From Plasmodiophora brassicae (Eukaryota), in NCBI GenBank assembly GCA_036867785.1, contig CP145424.1, forward strand, positions 434,001 through 498,000: a stretch of 64,000 nt of DNA. Direction: 5' to 3'. Position 1 is the stretch's first letter, and each line of letters opens with the position of its first letter. The notes below the pieces were generated by a model that was given only the letters and a program-made list of their open reading frames with translations, was not told the DNA's origin and made no database searches. Shown piece by piece: positions 23,725-35,093 of this stretch. The translations under genes and the position numbers were made by a program.

Positions 23725-24171
23725 CTACAGGCGGACATGAAGAAGAACCTTCCGAAACTGGAGCGTGCGATCAGGACCATCGTCGTCAATGATGTTGAGC
23801 GGCTTCGCTTTCGGGTCGGATCGAGCTTTTGCCACAGCTCTGCCACAGTGGTCCTCCGACCGAACAGGGTTGTTGTAAACAGATCGCGAGCTGACGACAA
23901 CGTACACCAACTCATGTAGGATAGCAACATGGGGCGCCACGGCTTCGTGCGGTGCTCTGGTGGTAAACGCCAGTGTCGTGGCAATCATCGTCGTCGAATC
24001 GGGTTCATCACGCTCGACTGGCTGGGCCGGGTACGGCGCCTCAGAGCACTCAGAGTCGGTCTCCGGCTCAACGACGTTGACCAGATCGTCTCCATCCCCT
24101 TGACCTAACCCGGTGTCGTTGACAGCGTGCCCTGCATCGTCTTCTTTGGCGTCATCTACGTACATCATCAC
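23725..24171 (-). CDS. Hypothetical protein (probably part of a spliced gene)
   Basis: 148-aa acidic ORF with no recognisable motif. Confidence 0.3.
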   Translation of the reverse strand: MMMYVDDAKEDDAGHAVNDTGLGQGDGDDLVNVVEPETDSECSEAPYPAQPVERDEPDSTTMIATTLAFTTRAPHEAVAPHVAILHELVYVVVSSRSVYNNPVRSEDHCGRAVAKARSDPKAKPLNIIDDDGPDRTLQFRKVLLHVRL

Positions 24172-24462
24172 AGCAACTTTTGCTCTACTTCATCCGTGTT
24201 CTTTGGGCCACCATTGTATCACCTGAAGCACTTGTTGTCACAAGCCGTGCAAAGTGAGCGGCTCGTATGATCAGTCACTTTACCGCACAACAACTTCGCC
24301 AATCTTCCAAACGCTTGGACTGCATCATGGGGACCGTGAAGAGCAGGCGATGGTCAAATCCCTCAACTGCGTGCTACCTGAAAAACAGTCACGCGCGTTC
24401 GGCGTTCGCTACTAACACTAACGCTGCTTGGTGAGCAACCGTTTGTCGTCGGGCGTCGACGC

Positions 24463-27429
24463 ATGTCGGGCCAAGCAGCCGTGGGAGGGTTGCCATCGGG
24501 GTCGCAGCCTGGTGGGTCGGACGTGCCGGCGGACGACCTGAAGGCGCAGGGCAACGCTAGCTACCGCGAGAAGCGGTTCAGCGATGCGGTTCGAGCATAC
24601 CGGGCCGCCATCGATCTCTCTCCAGATAACGCTGTTTATCGATCGAACCTGGCTGCATGCTATTTTGAAATGGGCCGGTACGACGACTGTATCGACGAAT
24701 CGCGTCGCGTGCTCGATCTTACCCAACAGGCGACCGCTTCCCAACCTGAAAGTGGCACCAAGCTGACCGACTTGCGCGCTAAGAACCGGTTGCGTGTCGC
24801 GAAGGCCTTGTGTTTCAACGGCAAGTTCAACGAATGTGTAGCGGAATTATCTCCATTGGTAGCGAGCCCCACGGCGACCAACGGGGACGTCGTTCGTGAC
24901 CTGTATTCATCCGCTATTGAACTTGCGCGTCATCTGGCGGATGGACCTCACGTTGACGATCATCGTCGTCTGTTGAATCGTTTTCCCAGGTACCGTCCGC
25001 CCCGGATCACGAATGTGTATGAATTCTATCCCGTCGGTCATGACGAGGCAACCAGTGCCATGTCGGGAGCGTTCTCCGATGGCACATCCGTGGGTGGTGA
25101 CGACCCGAACGGGCTACGCCTTCGCCAGAGTGTCCCTCCAAGTGAGGACACTCGCTCTGCAATGTGGTTATCAAAGATGGACGCGCAACAACTCGGGGAC
25201 CTTTCGTTCTTCTTCGGTGGCGTCGGCGACGCACGGCACGTCTTCACCACGCTGATGGACGTGCAACGTCAGATGAAAGCCATGACCCGTGATGGCGAAT
25301 GGCCCGCCAGCGATCACCCTATTTGGAGCGAATTGCGCGTCGGTGTCGTCCTGAACGACATCGCCATTCCAGTACTTGCCAGGAACCTGATCATTTTGTA
25401 CGCGTTATGGGAGTTGGGCGCCTTCACAATCGAACAGGCGCAATCCTTGCTAGACGCCGTCGAGCTGGCCGCTCTGATCCATTTCGTGTACCTGAGTGTC
25501 ACCATGCCGCCCTACCTGCATGACCGCCTTATGACAGTCATCGACCGCCTGATATCCTTGACGTCGTCGCCACAAGAGGTCCTGCCATTCGTGAGGATGT
25601 CAACCGAATGTTGGAACGAGGTCAAGGAAACATTACGGTTCTGGAGGGCTGACCCTTTCGTCGTGTCCACCGAAGATATGGCCCACAGTTTCACGCCGAT
25701 GGCCGCCGTTGGTGACCTGATGAGTGTCCCAGACAAGATGAACGCGTTCGTTGAACAGCACAAACGCACACTGGTGGACCAATTTGAGCCGATTCTATCG
25801 CCCGACATGCTGGCTAAGTTTGGGACCATCGTCGAGAAGGACTCCTTTGTCAAGCAAATTGCGGCTTCGCTTGCTGCCACGCCTGGCGCTGCACTGGCCG
25901 GATGTATCCCGGAATCAACCTTCATATCCTTGACCAAGGGGCTGTGGCCGCCGGCAGTTCTAGCTGAACAGGACCATGTCGTCGGTGATGTGATCGCAGC
26001 AATGAAGGATCACCGTCCCGGTCAGATGAAAGAGCTGCTGGAGAACGTCCGGCAACACATCTACCGATCATGGAAGCCAAACGTCACGTTGGTGTCCCGC
26101 GAATGGAACGAACACGCGGGCCGTTGCATGTTCGATCACGACCCTATTACCATTGTCGCCAACCTTTTCAATGTCGTCTGGATGAAATCGCCAAAGAACC
26201 CCGAGTCTCTCTTCGAGTGGTCGGCGCATTTCTTCGCCACGGTCGCGTCCAGCGTTCGCCAGTTGGGCACCCACAACTGCCTCGTGTACGAGATCCTGCC
26301 CGGTGACATGAACCAGGCTTTCGGTATGGTTGCGACGGAAAGCGAGTCGCGACGCTCCAAGGGCCTACCGGTGGCATTCGACCGAATCTTCCTCAGCAAC
26401 GTTCCCGATTACGCCGGGCTACTTCCGGTGTTCATTGATACCGCTCCGTTGCTGAAGCGCACGCCCAATTCGTACATCAACTGCGGTGTTATGGTCGCCT
26501 CGTGCATGTTCCATGAATATGGCGAGTATGCCTGCAGTGCCACCGCTATCCCATCGCTTCGAGACTGTGAGCGGTACCTGGGGGTCGCACTGCAGAGCGG
26601 TTCTCTAATGGGATTTGATCCGCGCTGGGGACATGCGGGCGGGAAGCCGCTGCTCCCATATGATCTGGACGACCTGGCAACACAGGAGGAGCTCTTCGAG
26701 TGGATTGTTCGATTGGTCTTGATGATCGCTGTTCCCCCGAAACGAGATTCCGGCTTGGCCGTACGAGAACACTACCCTCTGAACCTGTCCTATGTGTTCC
26801 GCACGTTCGAACGTCTGATTGCGATCGGGTATCCCCGGCATTGGATAGCCTCGAACCTGACACGTTTGCTCGAGAACCGTGTTGACACTGATACGCAACC
26901 TCTGTCATGCTCGACGAACCGGAAGAATGGAAAACCGGCACGAATTGCCATGGATTGTTTTCAGATGGAAATACGTGCTCTGGCAGCTCTGTGGCAGCCT
27001 GTCCTTCGTCTGGCTGTCAAGCACCCGTTGCCGGCGCTCGCCGACATTCGACGATTCGTGCTGCGCGATGTCCAGTACATCGACTCCCCCAAACGTTCTG
27101 GCGGATGCCCGACCGCATCTATCATGGGAGTCCTATTCGAGCCACCCTCGTCCTCACAGCGATCCTCATCCAGCATCGCATCCCGTCGTATGTTCGTTGT
27201 AGAGCCGATCGCTCGGGAACTCTTGACATCCGCGAGCAGCCGCGTTCACGTCGTCTCCGCGCTTCAGTTTGACTCCGACGCCAACGAATTCGCTGTTTGG
27301 CTATCCCGGGACGACTTGGCTGAGATGAAAGCACACCGGTACACTGTCCGCCTGTTCCAGACCGACTGCTGGACGGCCGTATCGTCACCCCAACCTGTCG
27401 CCGACATGGTCGAGTCTGCCCCCTTCTAA
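24463..27429 (+). CDS. TPR + DUF4470 (methyltransferase-like) protein, paralog A
   Basis: Intronless 988 aa. N-terminal TPR (LKAQGNASY...YRSNLAACYFEMGRY) plus FFGGVGDARH and FDRIFLSNVPDY motifs. Confidence 0.85.
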   Translation: MSGQAAVGGLPSGSQPGGSDVPADDLKAQGNASYREKRFSDAVRAYRAAIDLSPDNAVYRSNLAACYFEMGRYDDCIDESRRVLDLTQQATASQPESGTKLTDLRAKNRLRVAKALCFNGKFNECVAELSPLVASPTATNGDVVRDLYSSAIELARHLADGPHVDDHRRLLNRFPRYRPPRITNVYEFYPVGHDEATSAMSGAFSDGTSVGGDDPNGLRLRQSVPPSEDTRSAMWLSKMDAQQLGDLSFFFGGVGDARHVFTTLMDVQRQMKAMTRDGEWPASDHPIWSELRVGVVLNDIAIPVLARNLIILYALWELGAFTIEQAQSLLDAVELAALIHFVYLSVTMPPYLHDRLMTVIDRLISLTSSPQEVLPFVRMSTECWNEVKETLRFWRADPFVVSTEDMAHSFTPMAAVGDLMSVPDKMNAFVEQHKRTLVDQFEPILSPDMLAKFGTIVEKDSFVKQIAASLAATPGAALAGCIPESTFISLTKGLWPPAVLAEQDHVVGDVIAAMKDHRPGQMKELLENVRQHIYRSWKPNVTLVSREWNEHAGRCMFDHDPITIVANLFNVVWMKSPKNPESLFEWSAHFFATVASSVRQLGTHNCLVYEILPGDMNQAFGMVATESESRRSKGLPVAFDRIFLSNVPDYAGLLPVFIDTAPLLKRTPNSYINCGVMVASCMFHEYGEYACSATAIPSLRDCERYLGVALQSGSLMGFDPRWGHAGGKPLLPYDLDDLATQEELFEWIVRLVLMIAVPPKRDSGLAVREHYPLNLSYVFRTFERLIAIGYPRHWIASNLTRLLENRVDTDTQPLSCSTNRKNGKPARIAMDCFQMEIRALAALWQPVLRLAVKHPLPALADIRRFVLRDVQYIDSPKRSGGCPTASIMGVLFEPPSSSQRSSSSIASRRMFVVEPIARELLTSASSRVHVVSALQFDSDANEFAVWLSRDDLAEMKAHRYTVRLFQTDCWTAVSSPQPVADMVESAPF

Positions 27430-27693
27430 ATCCCAGCTCCAACCGCCTCACCACCACCCACAACTGTTTCTATACAGCGTTTGTTTCCCTCGTCACTCTC
27501 AACCGTCCGCGTCGTCGCACGTTCTTCCGTGACAGAAATGGCGCTCGTCGCGGTGGCGCCCGTAAAAAAAAAACAGTGGCTGAATGGATCCTCGCACCGC
27601 GTGACTGCTGAATTCCCGGACATGACAAGTCACAGCTGCAGCTCATACGCGGAATTGACGGAGCGTCGTCGGGGCTTGTCGGCTCAGTCGGTC

Positions 27694-30600
27694 ATGTCGG
27701 GTGTTCCGTCGCGTCAATGTGCAGACGCGGGCCGTGTGCGACCGGGCGACGTCGCGAAGCCGAAGATGTCGGCGGATGATCTGAAGGCGCTGGGCAACGT
27801 CCACTACAGGGAGAAACGGTTCGGCGACGCCGTTCGTGCATACCGCGGCGCGATCGATCTGTCGCCGGGCAACGGCGTCTACAGGTCGAACCTGGCTGCG
27901 TGCTACTTTGAAATGGGTCGCTATGATGACTGTATCGAAGAGACGCGTCGCGCGCTCGACATTATTCGTGGCGCGATGCCATCCGGTCGCGACGAAGATG
28001 CCAAGCTCTGCGACAAAAATCGTTTGCGCATCGCCAAGGCGCTGTATTTCAAAGGCAACTTTAGTGAATGCCTATCTGAACTGTCTGTATTGTTGTCGAC
28101 GGAAGCGGTACAGAAAGAAGTTCTCGATCTCCGTTCCTCAGCGCTGGAACTCGCTCGTCGTCAAGCACAAGATGAATCGTTTGCCGAATCGGCGCGCATC
28201 GACAACCATCGTCGCCTACTGAATGGATTGCCTCGGTACCGTCCGCACCGGATCACGAATGTGTACGAATTCTATCCTGTCGGTCATGATGATGCAACCA
28301 GTGCCATGTCGGGAGCGTTCTCCGATGGCACACCCGTGGGTAATGACGATCCGAACGGGCTACGCCTTCGCCAGAGTGTCCCTCCACGTGAGGACACTCG
28401 CTCTGCAATGTGGTTATCAAAGATGGACGCGTCACAACTCGGGAACCTTTCATTCTTCTTCGGTGGCGTCGGCGACGCACGCCACGTCTTCACCACGCTG
28501 ATGGACGTGCAACGTCAGATGAAAGCCATGACACGTGATGGCGAATGGCCCGCCAGCGATCACCCGATTTGGAGCGAATTGCGCGTCAGTGTCGTTCTGA
28601 ACGACATCGCCATTCCGACATTCGCCAGGAACCTGATCATGCTGTATGCACTGTGGGAGCTGGGCGCATACACTATCGAACAGGCAACAGCTGTGCCTGA
28701 TGCTGTCGAGCTTGCTGCTCTGATCCACAACGTGTACGTTTCCGTCACCTTGCCGCCCTATCTGTACGATCGTTTGATGGCCATAATCGATCGTCTACTG
28801 TCTCTGTCGTCGCCGCAGGACGTGCTGCCATTCGTTAGGATTTCATCTGAATGCTGGGACAGTGTAAAAGAAACGCTGCGATTCTGGAGGAGCGACTCGT
28901 TCGTGTTGACCACGAAAGAGATGTGCATGAGTCAGAACTGGACGATGGCTGATTTCGATCCTGTTATGATGGGGCTGTGCAACCAAGACGTGCAAAACCA
29001 GATGAACGCCTCTATGGAGCTGCAGAAGCGTTTCCTGACGCAGCAGGTCGAACAGCTTATGACGCCCGACATGCTGGCTCAGTTCGGAGGCGGTATCGAC
29101 AAGGGCGCTCTTGTCCAACAAATGGTTGATAAGTTTGCCAACACGTCTGTGGCTGCCCTGGACGGCTGTGCACTGGAGTCGGCTTTCATACGCGAGACGA
29201 AATCATTATGGCCGCCGACGCTCCTCGCTCAACGTGATCCGGTTGTCGCTGCGGCGATCAAGGCTATGAAGCAACACAATCCCGACCGGGCCGGCAAACT
29301 GTTGAATAGTGTTCGCCAGCACATCTACCGCACATGGAAGCCGAACGTCACGTTAGTATCTCGTGAATTCCTCGAGCTCGCTGGCCGCTGCCGGTTCGAT
29401 CACGATCCTGTTGCTATTGTAGCTCAACTGTACAATGTCGCCTGGATGAAATCGCCCGAGAAACCCGAGTCGCTGTTCGACTGGTCAGCCAAATTCTTCG
29501 CCATGGCCGCGTCCAGCGTTCGCCAGCTGGGCTCCCGAAACTGCATCGTCTACGAATTTCTTCCTGGCGATATGAACCACGCGTATGGGACGATCGCCAT
29601 CGAAAGCGAGTCGCGAAGATCGCTGGGTCTGCCTGTTGCGTTCGACCGGATCTTCGTAAGTAACGTTCCCGATTACACCGGCATTCTTCCTGTGTTCGTC
29701 GAGACGGCCCCGTTGCTGAAACGCACGGCGAACTCGTTCATCAACTGTACCGTCCTCCTGAACACGGGCCTGTTCAGGGACTATGGCGAATGCGTTTACA
29801 GTGCTGCGGCGATCCCGTCGATTCAGGACTGTGAGCGGTACATCGGGATGAAGCTACAGAGCGGGTCGTTGTGGAAGTTCGACCCACGCTGGGGACATGT
29901 CGGCAAGTCTCCGCTACCGTATGACGTGGGCGACCTGGCATCGCAGGACGAGCTCTTCGAATGGGTCGTTCGTCTGGTTCTGATGATTGCTGTTCCTCCC
30001 GAGCGAGACGCTCGGACCCCAATGCGGGAGAATTACCCCATGAACCTGTCGTACGTGTTCCGTACGTTCGAGCGCCTGATTGCAATCGGGTACCCGCGGC
30101 ACTGGATTGCGACGATTCTGACGCGTCTGCTCGAGAATCGATTCTCTGCAATGGCCCAGCCACCGTTGCAATCCCCGAACCCGTACCGTGCTTCAAATGC
30201 AAAACCTGCTCGAGTCGTCCTGGATTGTTTCCTGAAGGAACTTCGTGCGCTAGCGACCCTGTGGCAGCCTGTCCTTCGTCTGGCCGTCAATTACCCCTTG
30301 CCGGAGCTCGCCAACATCCACCGGTACGTCCTGCGCGACATCGAGTACATCGATTGCCCCGAAGCATCGGGAGGATGTCCGACGTCACCGGTCATGGGTG
30401 TCCTGTTCGAACCACCGTCGTCCTCGAAACGATCCTCGTCGGTCCCTAGTTTCCTTCGCATGTTCACCGGGGAGCCAGTCGATCGTGACCTCGTGACGTC
30501 CACCAGCAGCCGCGTGCACGCCTTCACCGTCGTCCATTTCGACTCGGCGCTCAAGGAACTCGCCGTCTGGCTGTCTCGCGATGACTTTGCTGAGATGAAG

Positions 30601-30702
30601 GTGAACCGGTACACTGTCCGACTGTTCCAGGCGGACGGCTGGACGGCCGTCTCTTCACCGCAACCTGTCTCCGACATGGTCGAGTCGGACCTGACCCTGT
30701 AA
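27694..30702 (+). CDS. TPR + DUF4470 protein, paralog B
   Basis: Tandem paralog of 24463..27429 with the same motifs. ATG 27694 (MSGVPS) aligns with the start of paralog A. Confidence 0.85.
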   Translation: MSGVPSRQCADAGRVRPGDVAKPKMSADDLKALGNVHYREKRFGDAVRAYRGAIDLSPGNGVYRSNLAACYFEMGRYDDCIEETRRALDIIRGAMPSGRDEDAKLCDKNRLRIAKALYFKGNFSECLSELSVLLSTEAVQKEVLDLRSSALELARRQAQDESFAESARIDNHRRLLNGLPRYRPHRITNVYEFYPVGHDDATSAMSGAFSDGTPVGNDDPNGLRLRQSVPPREDTRSAMWLSKMDASQLGNLSFFFGGVGDARHVFTTLMDVQRQMKAMTRDGEWPASDHPIWSELRVSVVLNDIAIPTFARNLIMLYALWELGAYTIEQATAVPDAVELAALIHNVYVSVTLPPYLYDRLMAIIDRLLSLSSPQDVLPFVRISSECWDSVKETLRFWRSDSFVLTTKEMCMSQNWTMADFDPVMMGLCNQDVQNQMNASMELQKRFLTQQVEQLMTPDMLAQFGGGIDKGALVQQMVDKFANTSVAALDGCALESAFIRETKSLWPPTLLAQRDPVVAAAIKAMKQHNPDRAGKLLNSVRQHIYRTWKPNVTLVSREFLELAGRCRFDHDPVAIVAQLYNVAWMKSPEKPESLFDWSAKFFAMAASSVRQLGSRNCIVYEFLPGDMNHAYGTIAIESESRRSLGLPVAFDRIFVSNVPDYTGILPVFVETAPLLKRTANSFINCTVLLNTGLFRDYGECVYSAAAIPSIQDCERYIGMKLQSGSLWKFDPRWGHVGKSPLPYDVGDLASQDELFEWVVRLVLMIAVPPERDARTPMRENYPMNLSYVFRTFERLIAIGYPRHWIATILTRLLENRFSAMAQPPLQSPNPYRASNAKPARVVLDCFLKELRALATLWQPVLRLAVNYPLPELANIHRYVLRDIEYIDCPEASGGCPTSPVMGVLFEPPSSSKRSSSVPSFLRMFTGEPVDRDLVTSTSSRVHAFTVVHFDSALKELAVWLSRDDFAEMKVNRYTVRLFQADGWTAVSSPQPVSDMVESDLTL

Positions 30703-30846
30703 TGTCGACGTCCCGTCAAGCTTCCCTATCCAATTATACACTCGCGTTCATTCTGACCGGTGTGGGCCGCGCCATGCACATGACGACGAGTCGATTGTTG
30801 TTCAGGTTCGGTTTGCAACCCGTCCCAGTGGTATAGACAACGCGCG

Positions 30847-32837
30847 ATGGCGTCATCGTCGGCGCTGGACGCCCTAACGGAGCAGACGGCGGCAATGGTG
30901 TCGTCGTTGATCTCGAAGCCGAAGATGACGACGAAGCTGCTGTCGAAGCCGCCGTTCCGTTTCCTGCACGACACCGTCACCGCCGTGCTGCAGGCGACCG
31001 GGTTCCCGCGAGGTCTCTTCGACGACGCTCAGCTCGATTCGGCGAACATCGCCGATAAGGACGGCAAGATCCGGTTCCTGCAGACCCTGGTCGACTGTTG
31101 CTCCCAGATCAGCGGGACGCCGCTCGCTGCATCTCCCTCGAAGATCGTGTCGGGCCTTGAACCGGAGAACACCAACGTGTTTCTGCAGACGTTCGCCAAG
31201 ATTGCCGCCGAAGTTAAAGACGGGCGCGCCGATAACGATGCGTTGATCGCCAGGTTCAAATCCGGAGCGTCTGGGCCACCTGTGAACCTGGACCCGAGCC
31301 CGTCACCGCCACCTGCAACTGCTGCTCCTGCTCCTGCTGCTGCTGCTGCTGCTGCTCCTGCTGAAGCGGTACCTCCTCCTCGACCTGAAGCTCAGCCGTC
31401 GTCCTCTATGCCTGCTGTGGAACCACCGGAATCAGCACCGACGTTGTCGCGAGAGGTGACGCCTGACAGCGATGCAGGAGGAGGAGGAGGAGGAGGTGGT
31501 GGTGACAGTGCATCTTTCGTGGAGGCGACCCGGGTAAAACTCGGCGCGATCATCACAAAGCCGGCGCTGAAGCCCGAGTTGCTGGCGCGACCGCCGTTCC
31601 GGTTCATCCACGACATCGTGCGCGAGCTAAACAACGCGACCGGCGGCCGGCTCGACGATGTGTTCACCAAGGAGCAGCTGTCGGCCCGGATCGATGGTGC
31701 ACCCGCCAGGGCCGCGTTCCTCAAGAAACTCGTGGAATTCACTGCCGCCAATGGCGGCAGGAACAAGGTAATCTTCAGAACGAAACCTGTTGTTCGTTAC
31801 ACGTTCATTGACGTGCATTGCTCTTCAGACGGTGAACGTGAAGAAGGTGCTATCGGGACTGGATGCGGCGAAGACGAACGAGATCCTGCAGGATCTGGCT
31901 GATATCGTTAGTCGTCCACGACGACGATCGCTGGAGTCGTCCAGCACGGCAAGCAGGCCTGGGGCGGTGCCTGCACCCGCGAGGCCGCCCAGGGCAGCGA
32001 GGGAGCCTGTGCAGCAGGAGGCGCCTCCTGCTGTTGCCACAACAGCTGCAGACCCAACGCCTGCCGTTCCTGAGATTGCAAGACCGGCTCCACCGAGGGT
32101 GGAAACGAATGTGGTCGAGCATGTGCAAGGCCCCGAGGAGCACCACGACGCGGCTGGTCAAGCACGAGGTGTGATTCTGGAGGGAGGTGGAGGTGCTTCC
32201 GCTGACGACGAGGAGGAGGCCGAGGATGATCACAATGAAGACGTCCGGGAGCGGATGGGCGTTGTGGGTGAGATCGATGCCAGCAATGCGGGCAAGCACG
32301 GGAAGCTGGTCAGAGACATCCTGAAAGAGCAGGAGAAGGTTGCGTCCAACAGGCAGGAAGGTGGAGCGTCCGCGGTGGACAAAGCGGCCGGTATCAAACT
32401 GGGGCGAATCGGTGGAACCAGCAAGGACAGGCGCGGGAGTTACTCGCAGCAGCAGATCGATATCGTGCGCGAGCAGATCCAGAAACTGTGCCAGAGCGTG
32501 AACCCGCTCGGCAAGTGCATCGACTTCGTGTTCGAGGACCTCGACCTGATGAAACGCGAACTGGAACGCTGGAAACAGGAGCAGGAGGTCCAGCAGCAGA
32601 GGCTGCAGGCCGAACAAAGGTATCACGGTGTCGGGTGGGCGTACGACCACCGCTTGCTGACGCAACGTCCGCAGAGCGACCGGGGAACAATTGCAACCGC
32701 TTCGCGACGAGCTCGACCGGGTCAACCGGGAGATCGGCGAACGTCGCGACCAGATCCGGGCCCTGCGCGGCAGCATCCTGCGCAACGACGACCAGCTGAA
32801 GCAGATGCTGGAGCGACAAGTGCAGCGCTCGCGCTAA
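30847..32837 (+). CDS. IFT54: IFT54 / TRAF3IP1 (MIP-T3)
   Basis: KLLSKPPFRFLHD CH-like domain present twice, and C-terminal coiled coil IQKLCQSVNPLGKCIDFVFEDLDLM. Introns 31768..31828 and 32620..32674 give a continuous frame to TAA 32835..32837. Confidence 0.92.
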
Positions 32838-33135
32838 CCCGCTGCACTCCCCTTCGACGCGCACTGGAAACCCTGTCCTAGTACACGTGCCCTAATATGA
32901 ACGCGGCTACCTTTGCCCATTCGGCGTTGTGCCCTGTTGGTTTGTTTTGCTGGGCGAGTCCCCCTCTCGCGACCCCGCCCCAAAAAATCGCAGCGGGAAC
33001 GTGGGGTGTGTGTCGTGGTCCGTGCCGAGAGCTGCAGAGGGGGGAGGGGCGTGCGTGCTCCGTGGGGACGCGCCGCCCATAGTGAATTGGGGTTGGCGTG
33101 CGACGGGTTCGTGGTGGGCCGGTGCCGCTCCCGTC

Positions 33136-33560
33136 ATGACGAGCGCGTTCTCCGCGTCGCTGCTGTGGCTGGCGTCGCGCGCGCTGCGATCCGCGGCGCC
33201 CAAGGCGACGACGACCGCGGCGGCGGCTGCCTATACGCAGGTCCCGCCGTTGGGTAGGGATGCGCGCGCGTGGCCCCGCCCGGCGCGATTGTTCGCTGAA
33301 TCACGCGTGCAGCGCGGCAAACGGCGTCGTTCTCGGCGGCTAGAATATTCGATAACGGGTCGCTGTATCTGCCGTTCGACCTGAACGGCGGCGAGCAGGG
33401 CGAGGTGGCGTACCCGGAGGAGGGCGACGCGGATCCGGACGTGGAGCGACGGCCAGACATGCAGGCCGATAGCACGCTGCGGAAGCGGAAGCTGAAGATG
33501 AACAAGCACAAGTTACGAAAGCGTCGGAAGAAGCTTCGAAGTCGCACAAAGGTCACGTGA
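33136..33560 (+). CDS. Mitoribosomal mS38 (COX24/AURKAIP1 C-terminal family)-like protein
   Basis: Exon 33136..33253 is transit-peptide-like (MTSAFSASLLWLASRALRS). Intron 33254..33312. Exon 2 ends ADSTLRKRKLKMNKHKLRKRRKKLRSRTKVT*. Confidence 0.8.
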
Positions 33561-33703
33561 TGCACGTCTGTATAAATCCCGTCGATCTCCCCAGGCAGAC
33601 ATTGCGGGGGCCTCGTCCGGCGACGAGACCGGTCAGAGATATTCCCACGTCGTGAGATCGGCGGCGTGTGCCTCTTCTCCCGCTCGTCGTTCCGCCGCAT
33701 AGA

Positions 33704-34346
33704 ATGGCTGGCAAGCGGATCGTCCTCGTCTGTGCCGGCCTGCTCGCCGGCGTCCTGCTGACGTCCGCGCAGGACACGCCCTACCTGGGCGCGATCGCCC
33801 TGACGAGTTTCAGCTTCCCGCCCAAGGGCTGGGCGTTCTGCAATGGGCAGATCCTACCCATCAACCAGAACCAGGCGCTGTTCGCCCTCCTAGGGTACGT
33901 GCGGATCGGCGCGCGCCCAGCGTCGTCGTTGCCGGCTGACGACACATGGGCACAGGACGACCTATGGAGGCAACGGGCAGACGACGTTCGCTCTGCCCGA
34001 CCTTCGAGGTCGCAGCCCGGTGCACGTGTCGGGATCGACGGTGCTCGGGCAGAAGGGCGGCGCCGAGACCGTCACGATCACGACGTCGACGATGCCGGCG
34101 CATACGCATGCGGTGCCGGCGTCGTCGTCGGCCGCCAACGGCAACACGGCGCCGCTGGCCAGCTCGGTGTTCGGGGCCACCAACGTCGAACGCCTGTACT
34201 GCTCGACGGACGCGGCCCCGAGCACAACGCTGGACGCGTCCGCTGTCGGGTCGGCGGGCGGGTCGCAGCCGCACGAGAACATGCCGCCGTACCTCGCCCT
34301 GAACTATGTCATTGCCCTGCAGGGCATCTTCCCGTCGCAGAACTGA
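33704..34346 (+). CDS. Phage tail-collar domain protein 1 (microcystin-dependent-protein-like) with signal peptide
   Basis: MAGKRIVLVCAGLLAGVLLTSA-Q, then YLGAI...PKGWAFCNGQILPINQNQALFALLG|TTYGGNGQTTFALPDLRGR, MPAHTH and PHENMPPYLALNYVIALQGIFPS. Intron 33895..33955. Confidence 0.92.
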
Positions 34347-34386
34347 ACAACAGCAACAATGTCGGGGGCCCCGTTTATCATTTCGA

Positions 34387-35025
34387 TCACGTCTGCGATG
34401 GGTACACGCCATACAGCGAGATGATGTAGTACGTGGCCAGGTACGGCGGCATGTTCGTGTGCGGCTGGCCGCCGCCGCCGGCCAGCGTCCCCGCGATCTG
34501 CTGCCCCGTTGCCGAGCCCGCCGGCGCGTACGCCGCGCTGAACGTCGAGGCGCCCAGCACGGCGGACGACGCCGGCGCCTTCAGGTCGCCCTGTTTGGTG
34601 CTGACCACGAACGCGTGCGTGTGCGCCGGCACCTGCTGCGACGTCAGCGTGACCGTCTCGACGCCGCCCGACTGCCCGATCGTTCGCGACGACAATCCCG
34701 GGCCCTGCCCCTGGTGCAGCGCGATACGGCCACGAAGGTCGGGGAGCGCGAACGTGTCCTGCCCGTCGCCGCCATAGGTCGTTCCTACGATGCACGTTCG
34801 GTCCTGTGTGGGCGTTGTCGACACGTGTGTGCAGTACCCACCGATCAGGTTGAACAGGGCTTCGTTGTCGCCGATGGGCAACAGCTGGCCGTTGCATTGG
34901 GCCCAGCCGGTCGGCGCGAAGTTGAACGCCACCTGGACGATCTGGCCGATGTACGGCTGAGAGCCCTGGCCAGACGCCCAGCCGACGACGACGGCCACGG
35001 CCACCAGCAGCACCCGGCGTCGCAT
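34387..35025 (-). CDS. Phage tail-collar domain protein 2 with signal peptide
   Basis: MRRRVLLVAVAVVVGWASG-Q, then YIGQI..FAPTGWAQCNGQLLPI..ALFNLIG, TTYGGDGQDTFALPDLRGR, VPAHTH and PHTNMPPYL. Predicted in-frame 57-nt intron 34841..34785. Confidence 0.92.
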   Translation of the reverse strand: MRRRVLLVAVAVVVGWASGQGSQPYIGQIVQVAFNFAPTGWAQCNGQLLPIGDNEALFNLIGGYCTHVSTTPTQDRTCIVGTTYGGDGQDTFALPDLRGRIALHQGQGPGLSSRTIGQSGGVETVTLTSQQVPAHTHAFVVSTKQGDLKAPASSAVLGASTFSAAYAPAGSATGQQIAGTLAGGGGQPHTNMPPYLATYYIISLYGVYPSQT

Positions 35026-35093
35026 CGCGAATCTGGGAGGCGATCGTGTGCCCGGCCGGGCGATATCCTCGGGTGCACACAGATTCGACCGCG

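Noticed and set aside
27481-27693. N-terminal extension of TPR-DUF4470 paralog B
   Set aside because: Non-ATG start and no counterpart in paralog A; ATG 27694 aligns better.
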